From contig NC_042997.1 of NCBI RefSeq assembly GCF_006345805.1, positions 188,976,001 to 189,040,000 on the forward strand: a stretch of DNA of 64,000 nt, in the 5' to 3' direction. The notes beneath the pieces are model-generated. The model had not been told where the DNA came from. It saw nothing but the letters and a program-made list of their open reading frames with translations, and did no database searches. Shown here one piece after another: positions 12,780 through 26,444 of this stretch. Within the stretch, counting starts at the first letter, position 1. Each line of letters begins with the position of its first letter. Source of the stretch: Octopus sinensis. Its lineage: Eukaryota. The translations under genes were made by a program, and so were the position numbers.

Positions 12780-14935
12780 CAGTAGTGCCCTGGTATTCGC
12801 GGGGGCTACGTTCCTCGACCACCTGCAAATAGTGAAAATCTCCAAATATTGGACGTGGTCCATAAAAATGACTATAAATATCAAAATATGATGTTATATA
12901 TATATATATATATATATATTTAATAATAATTTAATAAAAAATAAAGTAAAATGTACAAAATGAATGATATTGATTTAAGACGATGATGATGAAAATAATG
13001 AAATAACTGCACAGCAAAGAAGATTTAATGCTCTTCAAGTGATACCTCTTCTTTAGGTATTTTAGGGGTTGCCGTATCTTCCTGCAGGGCTTTCTTGGTG
13101 GGCTTGAGGAATATTGTGATGGGAAGTGGCTGTCATTGTTTCTTCATGATGGTGAGGAGAATTTTATATGTCTACATGGCAGCATTGGTAGCATTTCTCA
13201 ATTGGAGAGAGAAAACCATATAGGGATCCCGTATCTGCCTTACCTTGTAATTCTTATTGGACAGATGTTAGATTTCCAGGCTCACCTCATCCTCCTCTTC
13301 CTCTGGATCTGGCACTTCCTCCTCCTCTTCACTGGCAGGCTTAGTTAACTCTAACAAATCCTTGTCTGTCAGGGTTTCAGAGTGGGCATTGATGAGGTCA
13401 TTGACCTCATCTTGTGTTGATGTCATCAAAACCTTTGCCACCAAGTACCTTTGCCAGTTTCATCGCATTGTTGACAGCCTCGTGCTGAATATCTTCAGGT
13501 GAGAAGCCTTCGTAATCCTGGACACACTCCGGCCGCATCTTCTTCGGGCATGTGATGAGGGTTTCTTTTTACATGTTTTTAAGAGCCGTGTAGATGACAG
13601 ACAGGCACATTGCGATCGTGAAGTTATGCCAGTACTTCCTTAACTTGAAATTCTCATCTGAATCCATTGCGTCCACAAAGTGTTGGAGAGTTCTGAGTGC
13701 AAAGTGCCTTGAAGGCATGGATTACACCTTGATTCATAGGCTGGATGAGGGAGGTATTGTTGGCCTGGAGAAACTGAACTTGGACTCCCTCATGATTCAA
13801 ATCCAAAGAGTGACTACCAGTATTATCCATAACAAGTGACACCTTGAATTCCATGCATACATTTTGGAGGTATTCTTTGGCTTGAAGGATGAAGTATTGG
13901 TGGAACCAATTCAAAGTTAGACTTTTGGTAATCCAGGCCTTGGCGTTGTGCATCCAGTGGACAGGCAGCAGGTTTTTATTCTTATTTTTGAAGGCCCTTG
14001 GGTTTGTGGGCTTGTAGATAAATCTTGGTTTCATCATGAAGCCAGCAGTATTGCCACACATAATTAGCATCACTCTTTCTTAAATCCTGGGGCTCTGGCT
14101 TCATCCTTCATGATGTACATTCTGGAAGGCTTCTCCTTCCAGAACAAGCCAGTCTTATCCATATTGAAAACCTATTTCCCTTGTCCATGATGATCTGCCT
14201 GAAAGTCTCAAGGTACTTCTTGGTGATTTCTTTGTCTCTCCATGCAGGGAAACACACTTTATTATTTTAAACCGTTTCTGGAAACAGTCAAACCATTCCT
14301 TGTTGGCTTGAAAATCTTTGGGCTCTGGTGCTGTTAATGGTCTTGGTTGCAGTTCTTCCGTACCTTCTGTTCCATCTCCTCTTGCGAATAATGTTACCAT
14401 TCAAGGGGATGTTTTTCTCCTTGAGGTCACTGATCCACAATGCCAAGGCAGATTCCATCCTGATGAAGTGCTTATTTCTCACTATTGTTATCTTTTTGAC
14501 ACTTTCACAGAAACCTACTGCTACGGTGGTCCTGATTGTCACCTCATTCTTCTTTATGTAGCGTATGGTGCTTTTGTTGACAACATGATAGCAACCTTCT
14601 GCAGCATAACTTTACCTTCCCAGAACATATCCAACAGTTGTACTTTCTCATGGAGCGTCATAACGTTTTTCTGGTGCTTAGGTTCACTGCCAGAAGCCTT
14701 AGAAGGTGTAGGGCATTTGGGTGGCATCATAGGGCTTTAATAACACACTGCAAAAAACACAGCACTCAACAAAATATTCGAGATAGGTACTGGATGTGGT
14801 TTACTCCTCCCAAAAACCTACAAAATCTTCCTTTCGTCTAATGTACACATCCCACCTATGGGAGATTGAGCAGAAATTAAGAATAATCATGGTTTCGAAA
14901 AATTTAGTCTATACTACCACTAGATACAGTAATCT
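12780..14935 (-). mobile_element. Decayed Tigger/pogo DNA transposon (CENP-B-like HTH plus DDE_1 transposase pseudogene, ~14730 to 13025)
   Basis: TA|CAGTAGTGCCC..TATTCGCGGGG end at 12780; peptides MPPK..., MESALALWI, FQANKEWF, WMHNAKAWIT, LVMDNTGSH, NTSLIQPMNQGVI; many stops and frameshifts; other TIR not found. Confidence 0.9.
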
Positions 14936-14949
14936 ATACTATAATAATG

Positions 14950-14980
<31 letters not shown>

Positions 14981-15300
14981 TAATAAGAGATAGATAGATA
15001 GAGAGAGAGAGGGACCAGCAAGTAGCCTAATTTCAATAAGGCTATATTGGTTAATGACCTAAAAATTGGTTTTCAGCTAGGAATTTAATGGAGTGTTAGT
15101 TAACAGTCTGATTATGTAACTCTGTGTTCATCAGAAGTAGCCATTATGGAATAAAATATGGTGACTGAATTCCTCATGCAAAACTGATTAGCAAGACTGG
15201 CTGTAATTGATATATAATCCTGTACACTTCGATTAATATACCCACTCTATTGACAGGTATATGGTTGCATTTTTTCCTAACTCATGGACTCTTAGACGAC

Positions 15301-15468
<168 letters not shown>

Positions 15469-15676
15469 CAATAAGAAAATGGAAGGGATCAATGGGTGGT
15501 TCATCAACTTTTAGACATTATATTATGTTAACTTATTTATTTATTTACTAAACTGACAATTACAAGAATAAACATACATTTATAACATTTGCTTTACATA
15601 TAAAATATAAAATATATTAATATATAAAGATACCAGTAATTATTACAATATAACATACATGAATATAAATTGGGAA

Positions 15677-15806
15677 AATAGCTTACAGCTGTTTCAGCCA
15701 ATAGGCAAAAATACCTCATTTTACCTTTATTACTCAAGTAGATTGAAGTAATAGGTCGATGAAATTGAGGTACTAGGGTGTTTCTCTAGGCTTTGTCAGA
15801 GATTAT
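15677..15806 (-). ncRNA. Degenerate type I hammerhead ribozyme (Penelope-like) with long stem II
   Basis: Minus strand: CTGACAA-AGCC...GGCT-GAAA-CAGCTG-TA; palindromic stem III; core deviates from CUGANGA and stem I is weak. Confidence 0.5.
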
Positions 15807-16214
15807 ATAGTACATAATATTAAGTTATATATATATATATATATTTGTATACACAGGGTGTTCATAAATTACCTTTACAATTTGAAAAATATGGATAAAA
15901 AAGAAATGAAGATAAATTAGCAGCCCCATCATATTTCACTCTGAAGACATCGCATGGAGGGTCACTCTCCTTTTTTACTCTATAAGAACTGTCATGGTGT
16001 GACAGTAATTTCCTAGTATTTGTTATTATGCTGGTATCGTGATCACTGATTGTGGTAAATTTATTCCTGAAGTTTAAGTTTTAATCAAATATACTGATAA
16101 AAACAGTAGATACTATATTGAATTACGTATTGAAATAAGATGATGTGGTGTTTTTGAGGTTGTAAAACTACATTCTGGTGCCATTGCTCTACTTTTGTTC
16201 TTGTCTAATTTTAA

Positions 16215-16436
16215 CCCTTTCATTACCAACCCGGCTGAAACCGGCTCTGGCTCTGTAGTCCAATTGTCTTGTTTTCATCAGTTTTGAATTAAAATCTTTC
16301 ACCAAACCTTAGTCACAATTTATGTTCCTAACACTAGCTTAATGATAACTAAGTTATTTTACTAAATTCTTTGTTATATTTAAAATTAATTGAAAGAAAC
16401 ACAGTGCATCTCAAAATAAATACAGTAACGAAAGGG
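16215..16436. mobile_element. piggyBac-type MITE
   Basis: TTAA|CCCTTTCATTAC ... GTAACGAAAGGG|TTAA; a decayed element with similar ends lies at ~49915-50128. Confidence 0.85.
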
Positions 16437-18887
16437 TTAAGGTTAATTACATTGCAACTGTACTTGATAAATATTCTCAACTCAATTTTGGCAAGTTTGA
16501 TTTGCCTATGTTTGGGTTTGAAAAGGGAATTGACCTTTGAGTCTTTAAAAGTTATGTAAAGTTTGTGCAAAAGTGGTGAACAATTGTCTACTTCTATTTT
16601 TAACTGGAAAGTTACCTCTTTTTGCTTCTGAATTTATGGTATTGCAAGTAGTGGAATTGTCTTTTTGTGTATTTTAGTCATGTTATTTGTCAAGAGTTTA
16701 GAGCAATCATTGGCAACCTGCTGCTCATGGGACTTTCTGAATGGCACACCAAACCAAAAAATTACTTAAAATTTTTTATTAGTGTGGGCTTCCAGATGAT
16801 GGTCCATGTATCATCATGTGGCCCACTTCTTGAAAAAAAATGCCCAGGTGTGGCTGTGTGGTAAGAAGCTTGCTTCTCAACCACACAGTCTTGGACAAGT
16901 GTCTTTTACTCTAGCCTTGGGCCAACCAAAACCTTGTGAGTGAATTTGGTAGATGGAAACTGAAAGAAGCCCATCGTCAAAATGGCTGAGAAAGTAAAAG
17001 GTAAAGAGCATATAGCAGTGTTTCATTCATAGATATTCTTTGCCGCAGGTACAAGAAATTATTTGAAGGGTTTCATGTAATTAGACAAGGTATTTTAAAA
17101 GAAGTTAAGGTTGTGTTGAAATCCTTTTCCATCAGTTTCTTAAGGTTTAATTCAAAGTTTCTAAGGTGATGGGGAGAGACTTTTGTATTCTAAATCCATA
17201 CTTACTTGGGATAACCCAGAAGGGTTTCTGTTGCATGAATTTAAGTATGCTTCCCCGCTTTTTTTTTTTTTAAATAAGTGTATGGTATACAGTTTCTCAT
17301 ATAGTATTTGGGTGCTCTTCAATGAATAATCCCTAGGGTACTTCTTCATTTTCATTTGTTTGTTCTTGATTTTTAGATGGGGTTTGACAGGATTAGATCA
17401 GGTGTACAACATAACAATCTAACCAGCAATAATGATACTTCTGGTCTGCCATATATTTGTCTATCTGACCTGCTTCTACTGAAATGACAAGACTAACCAA
17501 ATATGTCAGCTTTAGTAAATGAAGCTCTCTGCTACTTTTGTGGATAGCAACTCTGTTCTTGAAACTGCAGCCAAAATATTTCCCCAAGTTTTTGACATGT
17601 TGATTTGTCAATGTCAAAACATTGGATAGGTATGTTCAATTTTTCCAGTGCTCTCAAATAATGGATATGGAAGTGGAACCTTTTCACTACTTTCTCTTCG
17701 GCACAAGGGATGTTTTGTATTCTTCTCCCATCTTGTATTTTATATCTGTATATATATATATATATATATGTATGTATATGAACTAAATTCAATGACTGGC
17801 ACCTGTGCCAGTGGAGCACTAACAGCCCCATCTGAGCGGGATCACTGCCAGAGCAGCTGTCTGGCTTCCGTGCTGGTGGCACGTAAAAAGCACCATTTGA
17901 GCGAGATCGTTACCAGCATCGCCTTACTGACACTTGTGCCGGTGGCAGATGAACAAAACATTCGAGCGAGGTTGTTGCTAGTGTCACTGTACTAACTCCT
18001 GTGCAGGTGGCACATAAAAAAACCCATTTGAGCGTAGCCATTGCCAGTACCAGTGGCATGTAAAAGCACCCACTACACTCTCAGAGTGGTTGGCGTTAGG
18101 AAGAGCATCCAGCTGTAGAAACTCTGCCAGATCAAGATTGGAGCTTGGTGCAGCCATCTGGTTTGCCATTCCTCAGTCAAATCTTTCAACCCATGGAAAG
18201 TGGACGTTAAATGATGATGATGATGGTAATAGTTTAATGCTCAACTTTGTCCATGGGATGAGTTTCTCAAGTCTTTGTAAGATTTGCCTATTATCAGTGA
18301 TTGCTGACATTGTTACAATCAGATCATCTTATTGGTGACTGCTTTGCATATTAGTATTTGCCTGAACTCCATCTTGGAACCTCACCTCTGCTGACTTGAC
18401 CTGCAAATTCATGGTGAGGGTAAAAAAGGATGACTGAGATAGTGCAGCCGTTCTCTAACTTGTATCACTCTGGTGTTCTGCTTACAGAATTATCTCTCTT
18501 CCAGAAGTTGTAATGATAATCCAGAAGGTAACTGATCTTGCTGGGAACATGGTGTCCTCAAAGAGCCTCCTGTACAAATTTATGTGGTAAGAACATATAG
18601 TTGATTGTGATGTCCAATCACAAAACTACCAGATCTACTTTGCCTTTGTTTGCTTCTTTTAAGAGCTGTGTAACCACCCATCTGTATACTCTAAGAAACC
18701 TGGTGTTTCAGTGGTATTACCTTTCTGTATCTTTGGCTATAGTAGTCGTACCACCTTTCTGTACTGAGGATATAGTAGAAGATACTTGCCCACAGTGCCA
18801 TGTAATTGGACTAAACTTGAAACCATGTTTTAGCAGAGAATTATTTAACCATACAAGCAAGCCTGTTTATATGTGTATATGTGTGTG

Positions 18888-18924
<37 letters not shown>

Positions 18925-19063
18925 GAGATAATGGTGTCACGGAAACCCAAAGTTATCAGGTAATGCTGAATAAGTGCTATAGACAGACCATAGTTAAGTT
19001 CCAGATTCGGTAATATTGTGAATCTATACAGCCTTGGTTTTTTATCTTATTATGCAAAAAATT

Positions 19064-19100
<37 letters not shown>

Positions 19101-19469
19101 CACACACACACACATATACGCATGTACATAAATATATATGTATGTATATTGATAGATCGACTGACACAATATATATATATATATATATATAAAAACACAT
19201 ACACACATATATACAACCATAGAAACCATGCCAAATCAGACAATAGGGCTTAACACAGCCCTCTGACTTGCCAGCTCCTGTCAAATTGTCCAACTCATGC
19301 CAGCTTGGAAAACAGATCCTAAATGATGATGATGTATATTACTTTATAGGTACACCTTCACTGGTATCAACTTACATTTCCAAATAATTTTCTCCCACCT
19401 TTATTTACTTCTGTTTCCATATGCATTTGTTTTAGTAGCATGCAAATAACAAAATTTACAATACTTGGT

Positions 19470-19802
19470 TGGTTGATGGAGCACTCCGTCGGTTGCAACA
19501 ACTAGGGTCCCAGCCAATGCGATGAACGGAACAGCTTGCTTGTGAAATTAACATGTAAGTGGTTGAGCACTCCACAAACATGTGTACTGTTAATATAGTT
19601 CTTGGGGAGGTTCAGTGTGACACACAGTGTGTGACAAGGCTGGCCCTTTAAAATACAGGTACTAATTTTTGCCAGTGGAGTGGACTGGAGCAATGTGAAA
19701 TAAAGTGTCTTGCTCAAGGACACAACGCACCACCAGGAATTGAACTCACGACCTTACGATCATGAGCGGAATGCCCTTAACCACTAAGCCACGCACCTTC
19801 AC
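19470..19802 (-). mobile_element. tRNA-derived SINE family D
   Basis: Minus-strand head GAAGGTGCGTGGCTTAGTGGTT...GAGTTCAATTCC (A/B boxes) then CCTTGAGCAAGACACTT; relatives at 20830-21440, 32634-32970, 37948-38278, 39345-39560 and 49060-49312. Confidence 0.8.
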
Positions 19803-20003
19803 AATAATTACTGACTGATACTAAACTCACAAGAATTTGGTTGGCCTGAGGCTATAGTAGAAGACTCTTGCCCAAAGTGCCATGTAGTATGACTGATTCT
19901 GGAATCATGTTGGGAAGCAAACTTCTTACCACACAGCCATATCAGCACCAATGTGAAGTTCATAAATTTGGACAAGTTCATATATCTTGATCATAGGAAT
20001 TTA

Positions 20004-20413
20004 GGATCTTTTCGGTTTGAACGGCAGTTTTTTCTAGTGGTGTCATATGAAATTGTCACCCATAATTATGACCCTAGTATCGATCTATTGCATTTCAATC
20101 TGTTTTAGGGTTAGGGGTGGGGGGAAGGGTATCTTTTTTTCTTCACAAATATAAATAAACCCAGTCTGTTTCTTAAACAAGGGACATATTCATACAGCAC
20201 AGAATGTTTTTTACCCCAATAGACGTCAGTGATTGGTTGAAATTGAAGAAATTGAAGAAAAAAACAACAAATATCTTATAAACTATAGAATTTTCTCAGT
20301 AAAGCCAAGAGAAAAAGATATTTTATAAATACATTCTACCAGTATACGAAGTTTAAAATTTTTTAGTTACCTAGAAATTATGTTAAAAACTGGCATTCAA
20401 ACCAAAATGATCC
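20004..20413. mobile_element. Merlin-like MITE, copy 2
   Basis: Same TIRs and body as 4661-5053; different 8-bp TSD, GGAATTTA, on both sides. Confidence 0.85.
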
Positions 20414-20919
20414 GGAATTTATATAAATTTATGAATTTCACAACCAATGTATGCACATATTGAGGAGTATGAGAAGTTTGTAAAAACAGTGGAATTTTAA
20501 AGTAATCACTACTAACTAAATACAATTTACGTGTCTCGAAAATGTGTAGAGCTTTTTACTGTTCCCATCCTCTTATTGTTGTGAACAAGGGAATTCAGCC
20601 TTTCTGAAACTGTAATATTAAATTGAATAAAATTGATCTCTTACATGAACACAAGACCAGACATTTTATGAGTAGGATCAGTTCTAGATGGATACTTTAT
20701 TTTATCAACTTTGGAAAGATGAGAAGCAAAGTTGATCTTGGTCAGATTTGAACTTAGAACATAAAGAGCCAGAACAAATGTCACAAGGCATTTTTTTTTC
20801 AATGTGGTAATGATTCTGTCAGTTTATGTGAAGGCACGTGGCTTGATGGTTAGAGTGTTGGACTCATGATCATAAGATAGTGGTTTTGATTCTTGTTGCA
20901 TTGTATTCTTGAGCAAAAA

Positions 20920-21305
20920 GGCGTAGGAGTGGCTGTGTGGTAAGTAGCTTGCTTACGAACCACATGGTTCTGGGTTCAGTCCCACTGCGTGGCGCCTTGG
21001 GCAAGTGTCTTCTACTATAGTCTTGGGCTGACCAAAGCCCTGTGAGTGGATTTGGTAGACGGAAACTGAAAAGAAGCCGCCATATATATGTATGTGTGTG
21101 TATATGTTTGTCTCCCCACCCAACATCGCTTGACAACCAATGCTGGTGTGTTTACGTCCCCGTAACTTAGCGGTTCGGCAAAAAGAGACCGATAGAATAA
21201 GTACTAGGCTTACAAAGAATAAGTCCTGGGGTCGATTTGCTCAACTAAAAGGCGATGCTCCAGCATGGCTACAGTCAAATGACTGAAACAAGTAAAAGAG
21301 AGTAA
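20920..21305 (+). mobile_element. tRNA-derived SINE family A (CORE-like CCTTGGGCAAGT), nested in a family D SINE
   Basis: Head GGCGTAGGAGTGGCTGTGTGGTAAG...GGTTCAGTCCC, internal (TA/TG)n, tail AAGTAAAAGAG; the host SINE resumes at GAGCAGAACATTTC. Confidence 0.9.
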
Positions 21306-21539
21306 GAGCAGAACATTTCATTCCACATTTCTCCAGTCCACTCAGCTGGAAAAAAGGAGTAAACCTGTGACGGACCAGCATCCTGTCCAGGTGGGGAATG
21401 TATGTGCCATAGAAATTGGGAAACCGGCCCTTATGAGTTGGTATGCCTTGAAAAGGTAACTTTATCTTTTCTGTCAGTTCAACATCTTAAATAAATAACA
21501 AGTAATACACGTCTGTTATCTATTTTATGGTATCTTTAG

Positions 21540-21932
21540 CTTTTAGCTTTTACTTGTTTCAATTATTGTACTGCAGCCATGCTGGAGCACTGCCTTGAAT
21601 AATTCTAAGTCAAACAAATCAACCCCAGTACTTTTTGTTTTTCTTTTAAGCCTAGTACTTATTCTTTTGGTGTCTTTTTGCTGAACTGTTAATTAAGGGG
21701 ATGTCAACAAACCAACACTGGTTGTCAAGCAGTGGCAGGGGACAAACAGAAACAAACACACACAAAATACGACAGGCTTCTTTCAGTTTTCGTGTACCAA
21801 ATCTACTCACAAGTCTTTGGTCGGCCTGGGGCTATATAAAAAACACTTGCCCAAGGTGCCATACAGTGGGGTTGAACCCAGATCCATGTGGATGGGAAAC
21901 AAACTTCTTACCATACAGTCATGACTGCACCC
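21540..21932 (-). mobile_element. SINE family A, older inverted copy
   Basis: Reverse complement of the family A sequence, with more mismatches. Confidence 0.8.
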
Positions 21933-22189
21933 CTATCTTACTATTTTCACTATATTCTTCACACATGGTATGTCTGTAGAAAAAGTTGAGGACATCTGCA
22001 CTAAATAGTTTTTTTTTTACTTCCTTTTTTTTTAATATATTGGATATCCAGCTGAATTGATAACTGGTTTTCAGTATGTTGCTGATAACCTGTTTTCTCT
22101 ATGTCACGTTGTTTCTATGAAGGAGACATTTAGCTGTCATTACCTGAGGAAACAATGAAAAATAGAGCCTTTTATTATAAGGTATTCAA

Positions 22190-22878
22190 AGGATGCTGGT
22201 GAGTGTCCATGATCTTTGCAGATTTCCAAGACTGCTCTCCGGCTATCTATCTGCGGCTTTATATAGCTATGGTATGACCTCACCTGGAATTTGCATCACC
22301 GGTCTGGAACCCCTATCTTGCCCAGGATATTAATCATGTGGAAGCCGTTCAGTGACGTGCAACCAAGAGAATACCTTCCATCAGGCATTTGCCATATTCT
22401 GCACGCCTTACTTCTCTGGGCATGGACACATTGAAACTTCGATGTCTGGCAGCTGACTTGGCAGACACCCATAAAATTATTAACCATCTTACAAACAATA
22501 ACTCTGAGCACCTTTTCAAACTCCACCAGTCTAACACCTGTTTACAAAGTCAGAAAACAGCACAGCTCCCATGACTTTCAGAAACATTTTTTTCACGCTA
22601 AGAGTTGCTGAAGCATGGAACAGACTGCCCGCATCAGTTGTTAGTTGTCGGAGCACTGCATCCTTCAAAACTTCCATGCTTCCTGAGATTCGCCAACACT
22701 ACACCTGATTTTCTCCCCTCCATACACATGCAAGCATGTATCTGACTCATGCACTGTTCGCTTTCCAGACATTTGTACATTACTGCATATACTTTATACG
22801 CACTTTTGACAAGTTGTGGTGCACCTGAGCACTGTATACAATAATTTCATTATTATTATTACCATTATTATTATTATC
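22190..22878 (+). mobile_element. CR1/L2-group LINE 3' fragment with (ATT)n tail
   Basis: PHLEFASPVWNPYLAQDINHVEAVQ*RATKRIP...LPYSARLTSLGMDTL...RVAEAWNRLP; in-frame stops; ends in ATT repeats. Confidence 0.88.
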
Positions 22879-23101
22879 AATGGAATTGGCAGACAAATAT
22901 TGTAAATTTTTTCACAAAATGCTATGGTAAACGAAGGGGAACTCTGGTTCTTAGGGTGCTCATGATTGGGAAAGTATTTGCTTTTTTAAAAAGTTTAAGT
23001 GTACGTTAGGGGCTACAATTTCATTGTTATGCATATTTTTTCTTTTAAGAACAGTTTATTTATAATAATAATAATAATAATAATAATGGAATTATTGTAT
23101 A

Positions 23102-23487
23102 GGCGCAGGAGTGGCTGTGTGGTAAGTAGCTTGTTTACCAACCACATGGTTCCGGGCAAGTGTCTTCTACTATAGTCTCGGGCCGACCAAAGCCTTGTGA
23201 GTGGATTTGGTAGACGGAAACTGAAAGAAGCCCGTCGTATATATGTATATATATATACATGTGTGTGTGTTTGTGTGTCTGTGTTTGTCCCCCTAGCATT
23301 GCTTGACAACCGATGCTGGTGTGTTTATGTCCCCGTTACTTAGCGGTTCGGCAAAAGTGACCGATAGAATAAGTACTGGGCTTACAAAAGAATAAGTCCC
23401 GGGGTCGATTACTCGATTGAAGGCGGTGCTCCAGCATGGCCGCAGTCAAATGACTGAAACAAGTAAAAGAGTAAAGAGTAAAAGAGT
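23102..23487 (+). mobile_element. SINE family A
   Basis: Near-consensus copy with a short deletion in the head. Confidence 0.9.
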
Positions 23488-24099
23488 GCTCAGGTGCACC
23501 ACAACTTGTTCATTCTTCGTTATGAAACAAAAATAAGGGTTTCATCTTTGAAGACAATTTTCTATTTCTGTATGATTAAAATTTACTGGATCGATTAATA
23601 AAGAGCATAACGTACACCTTTTCATCAAAACTTGGAAGAAGTTCGTTAAAAAAAAAAAAAAAAGCAGTAAGTAAAGGGACATAACTCATTTACATATTCG
23701 TGTGGAGTTATACATTGTGGATACTAAATTTTCACTGCTAATAAAATATTTAGTTTAAAATCTTTTACAACCAGCCTTTCCCTTTGCCTATGAAAGGCTT
23801 TTAAAATTTTTAATACCTTACACGTCATTATCTATAGCTTATCTGCTTTAAGATCCAACATTCCAAAATTATATGTATGTAAGTGTGCACATACGCGCAT
23901 TCACATAATCACTCACATACATATGCATAATTAGTATGTTTAAATTTTATTGAATATCAATAAAAATTCGGTGAAAGTATTATCTATCAATAAATAAATA
24001 ACAAAAATAACAATCAATTGATTGTACGATGATACATATTCAATATAAAATAATTTTCTGGAAAAATTAAATTGTCAACGTACTAAGCGGCTTTGATAG

Positions 24100-24150
24100 T
24101 CAGTGCGCATGCGTAGCCCACGTAGCAGTAGAGACAATATGGCTGCCGCA
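24100..24150 (+). promoter_or_regulatory. Probable housekeeping core promoter (NRF1-like and YY1-like motifs)
   Basis: TGCGCATGCGT at 24104-24114 and CAATATGGCTGCC at 24135-24147 in a repeat-free, locally CpG-richer patch upstream of a strong splice donor. Confidence 0.6.
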
Positions 24151-24480
24151 ACGACAGCATTTATCATTGCGGTACATTTGATATATTTAGCTTAAAATGA
24201 CTGTTATATTTTATCTATGAAGTTGTCAGGATCTTCTTGAGTGTATTAAATTTTTTTTCATTTATTCGATTTTATTTAAACTTTCGCTTTTGGGGGGGAA
24301 GCCGATAGTTTATCTCAGCTGACAACACCGTTTTTCTCGCCGTCTTTCATTAAACAAAATACTAAACCAGAAGTTCCAATATTGGCAAACTTTTTACTCT
24401 TACACGCGAGTAAAAAGGAGACGATAATTAATCAATTAGAGAGAAAACAATCTACACATACTAGGGAAATCGTCTATCAG
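24125..24480 (+). other. Candidate non-coding first exon (5' UTR) of the Sec16-like gene; start approximate
   Basis: Consensus donor CAG|GTAAGT at 24480/24481. The Sec16 ATG lies 1 nt after a splice acceptor, so an upstream UTR exon is expected; linking this exon to it is inference. Confidence 0.5.
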
Positions 24481-25079
24481 GTAAGTATATTATGTCTACA
24501 TCTCTGTCCGTTTGTTGTTATACGTGTAGGTGTGTAAAAGCGAACTGCCAAAGCCAACAGGTCGCCAATTTAAAAATACAATTCAAATTATTTTATACAT
24601 TGCAATATATTTCTCGTATTCTTGTCATATTTTCATTTATATATGTATCCGGAGATGTATGAATAATATCATTTCACCCCCCCCCCCACATGTTCTAATT
24701 TAATAATATAACAAATTACTGTTAATCTGTGTTAAAGCGCTATCTTCCACGTTGACATCTAGAAAGTCGTATCAGTGAATTATTCTCAGCTGTTAAGGAC
24801 CTGAACGATTTCGTCGAATTCTTCATCCGTTTTAAAAAAAAAATTGATATAAAAAAGGTGTGGTCGCAGTAAACACTGAAATAACGATCCTGTTTTTATT
24901 CACCATATGTGCATCTTGTGAATGTTATATTTTTTTTAAAGCTTAACTCATTTTTGAAAATAAATTTCCAGCTATGGCCTTAAATCAGTGTTTAACAACG
25001 TGTGGGTGTGTATGTTTATGTATATATGTATACACACTCATACACGCTCTTTCTCTCTCTTTTACACACACACACTCTT

Positions 25080-25110
<31 letters not shown>

Positions 25111-25431
25111 TATTTAGATATATTAAAAAGCAAAAAATCAAGCACAAAATAAAATTGTTTACATCTGTCAAAACTTATAAGCTCAATGTCAGATTACTTA
25201 ATCTTCTTATATATTAGATAATTTCACACTTCTGTGGTGTATTCAGTTTTAAGTAGCATGTCCGATTTAGTTTCATCTTGATTCCATTAAGATTTGGCCC
25301 TGGATGAAACTGTTACGAAAAATAAATAAATATATCAAAATTATAATTTCCCGATCTCCTTTTCCTACGGAGCGTAAGAGATGTCACTACTCCTTACTAT
25401 ATATATATTCTTCTGTGTGATGTATACACAA

Positions 25432-25476
<45 letters not shown>

Positions 25477-26384
25477 TTATTTTCAGATCTGCTGGTTGTG
25501 ATTCAACCCTGAACGAGTGATCAAAGTCATTCTAGCCATTATCATCCTGTCTTTTTCAATTCACAGCTACCTAGGTTTACATTACCTAATTTATCCTTAT
25601 ATTTTTCTTTAAAGATGGAAAGGAGATTTGTCTGCTATTTCAAGCAAATTGAGCGATCAAGTCGAGGCGTCTTCTGATAGTGGTTTGCATTTGTTATCGC
25701 TTAGTCTCCGCTTAGTATTGTAATCAAGGCAGACGTATCATCAAAGCCTTGACCAGCTGCTTCTCTTTTATTTTCTTTTACCTTTTTCACTCGTAGTAGT
25801 GTCTGGAAGTACATTACCCGATGCATATTTCCTTATTGTTAAGAGAGCAGAGTGTGAGATTTGAAGGATTTCTACCAACTCGTGCGATCACATAGACGCT
25901 CCTTAGTTGGCTCAGCATTGATAATTCAGTTGTACCGACTGACTATAAAGCATATTGCTAATAACGATCATTATCGATACCGACTGTGTGGATTTATCAA
26001 CGTGTCACGTTGTTAACCTAAATTTTCCATATTTTCTTTAAAAAACAAAGGAAGTTTGTGTGTACGTGTATGTATGTATGTATGTATGTATGTATGTATG
26101 TATATATATATATATATAACATTAGTTATCTGCATTATATTGTAGTTTCGTATTAATCTCCTTCACAAATTAAATTTCAGTGGTGGAAAAATAAATATAT
26201 AAATGCATTGAATCATTTATAGATAATTAGAATTGGGTTTACTTTTCAAAGAAATAAATAAGCCCTCTTTCACTTTTATCTCAAAATTGGTCAACTGAGG
26301 CAATTAGATGGTCTTTCAGATACAGTCAGTCATACCGTAGTGATTTGTCACTTCGGTTGTCATCAATCAAAATATTGTCTGGAG

Positions 26385-26439
<55 letters not shown>

Positions 26440-26444
26440 ATGTA

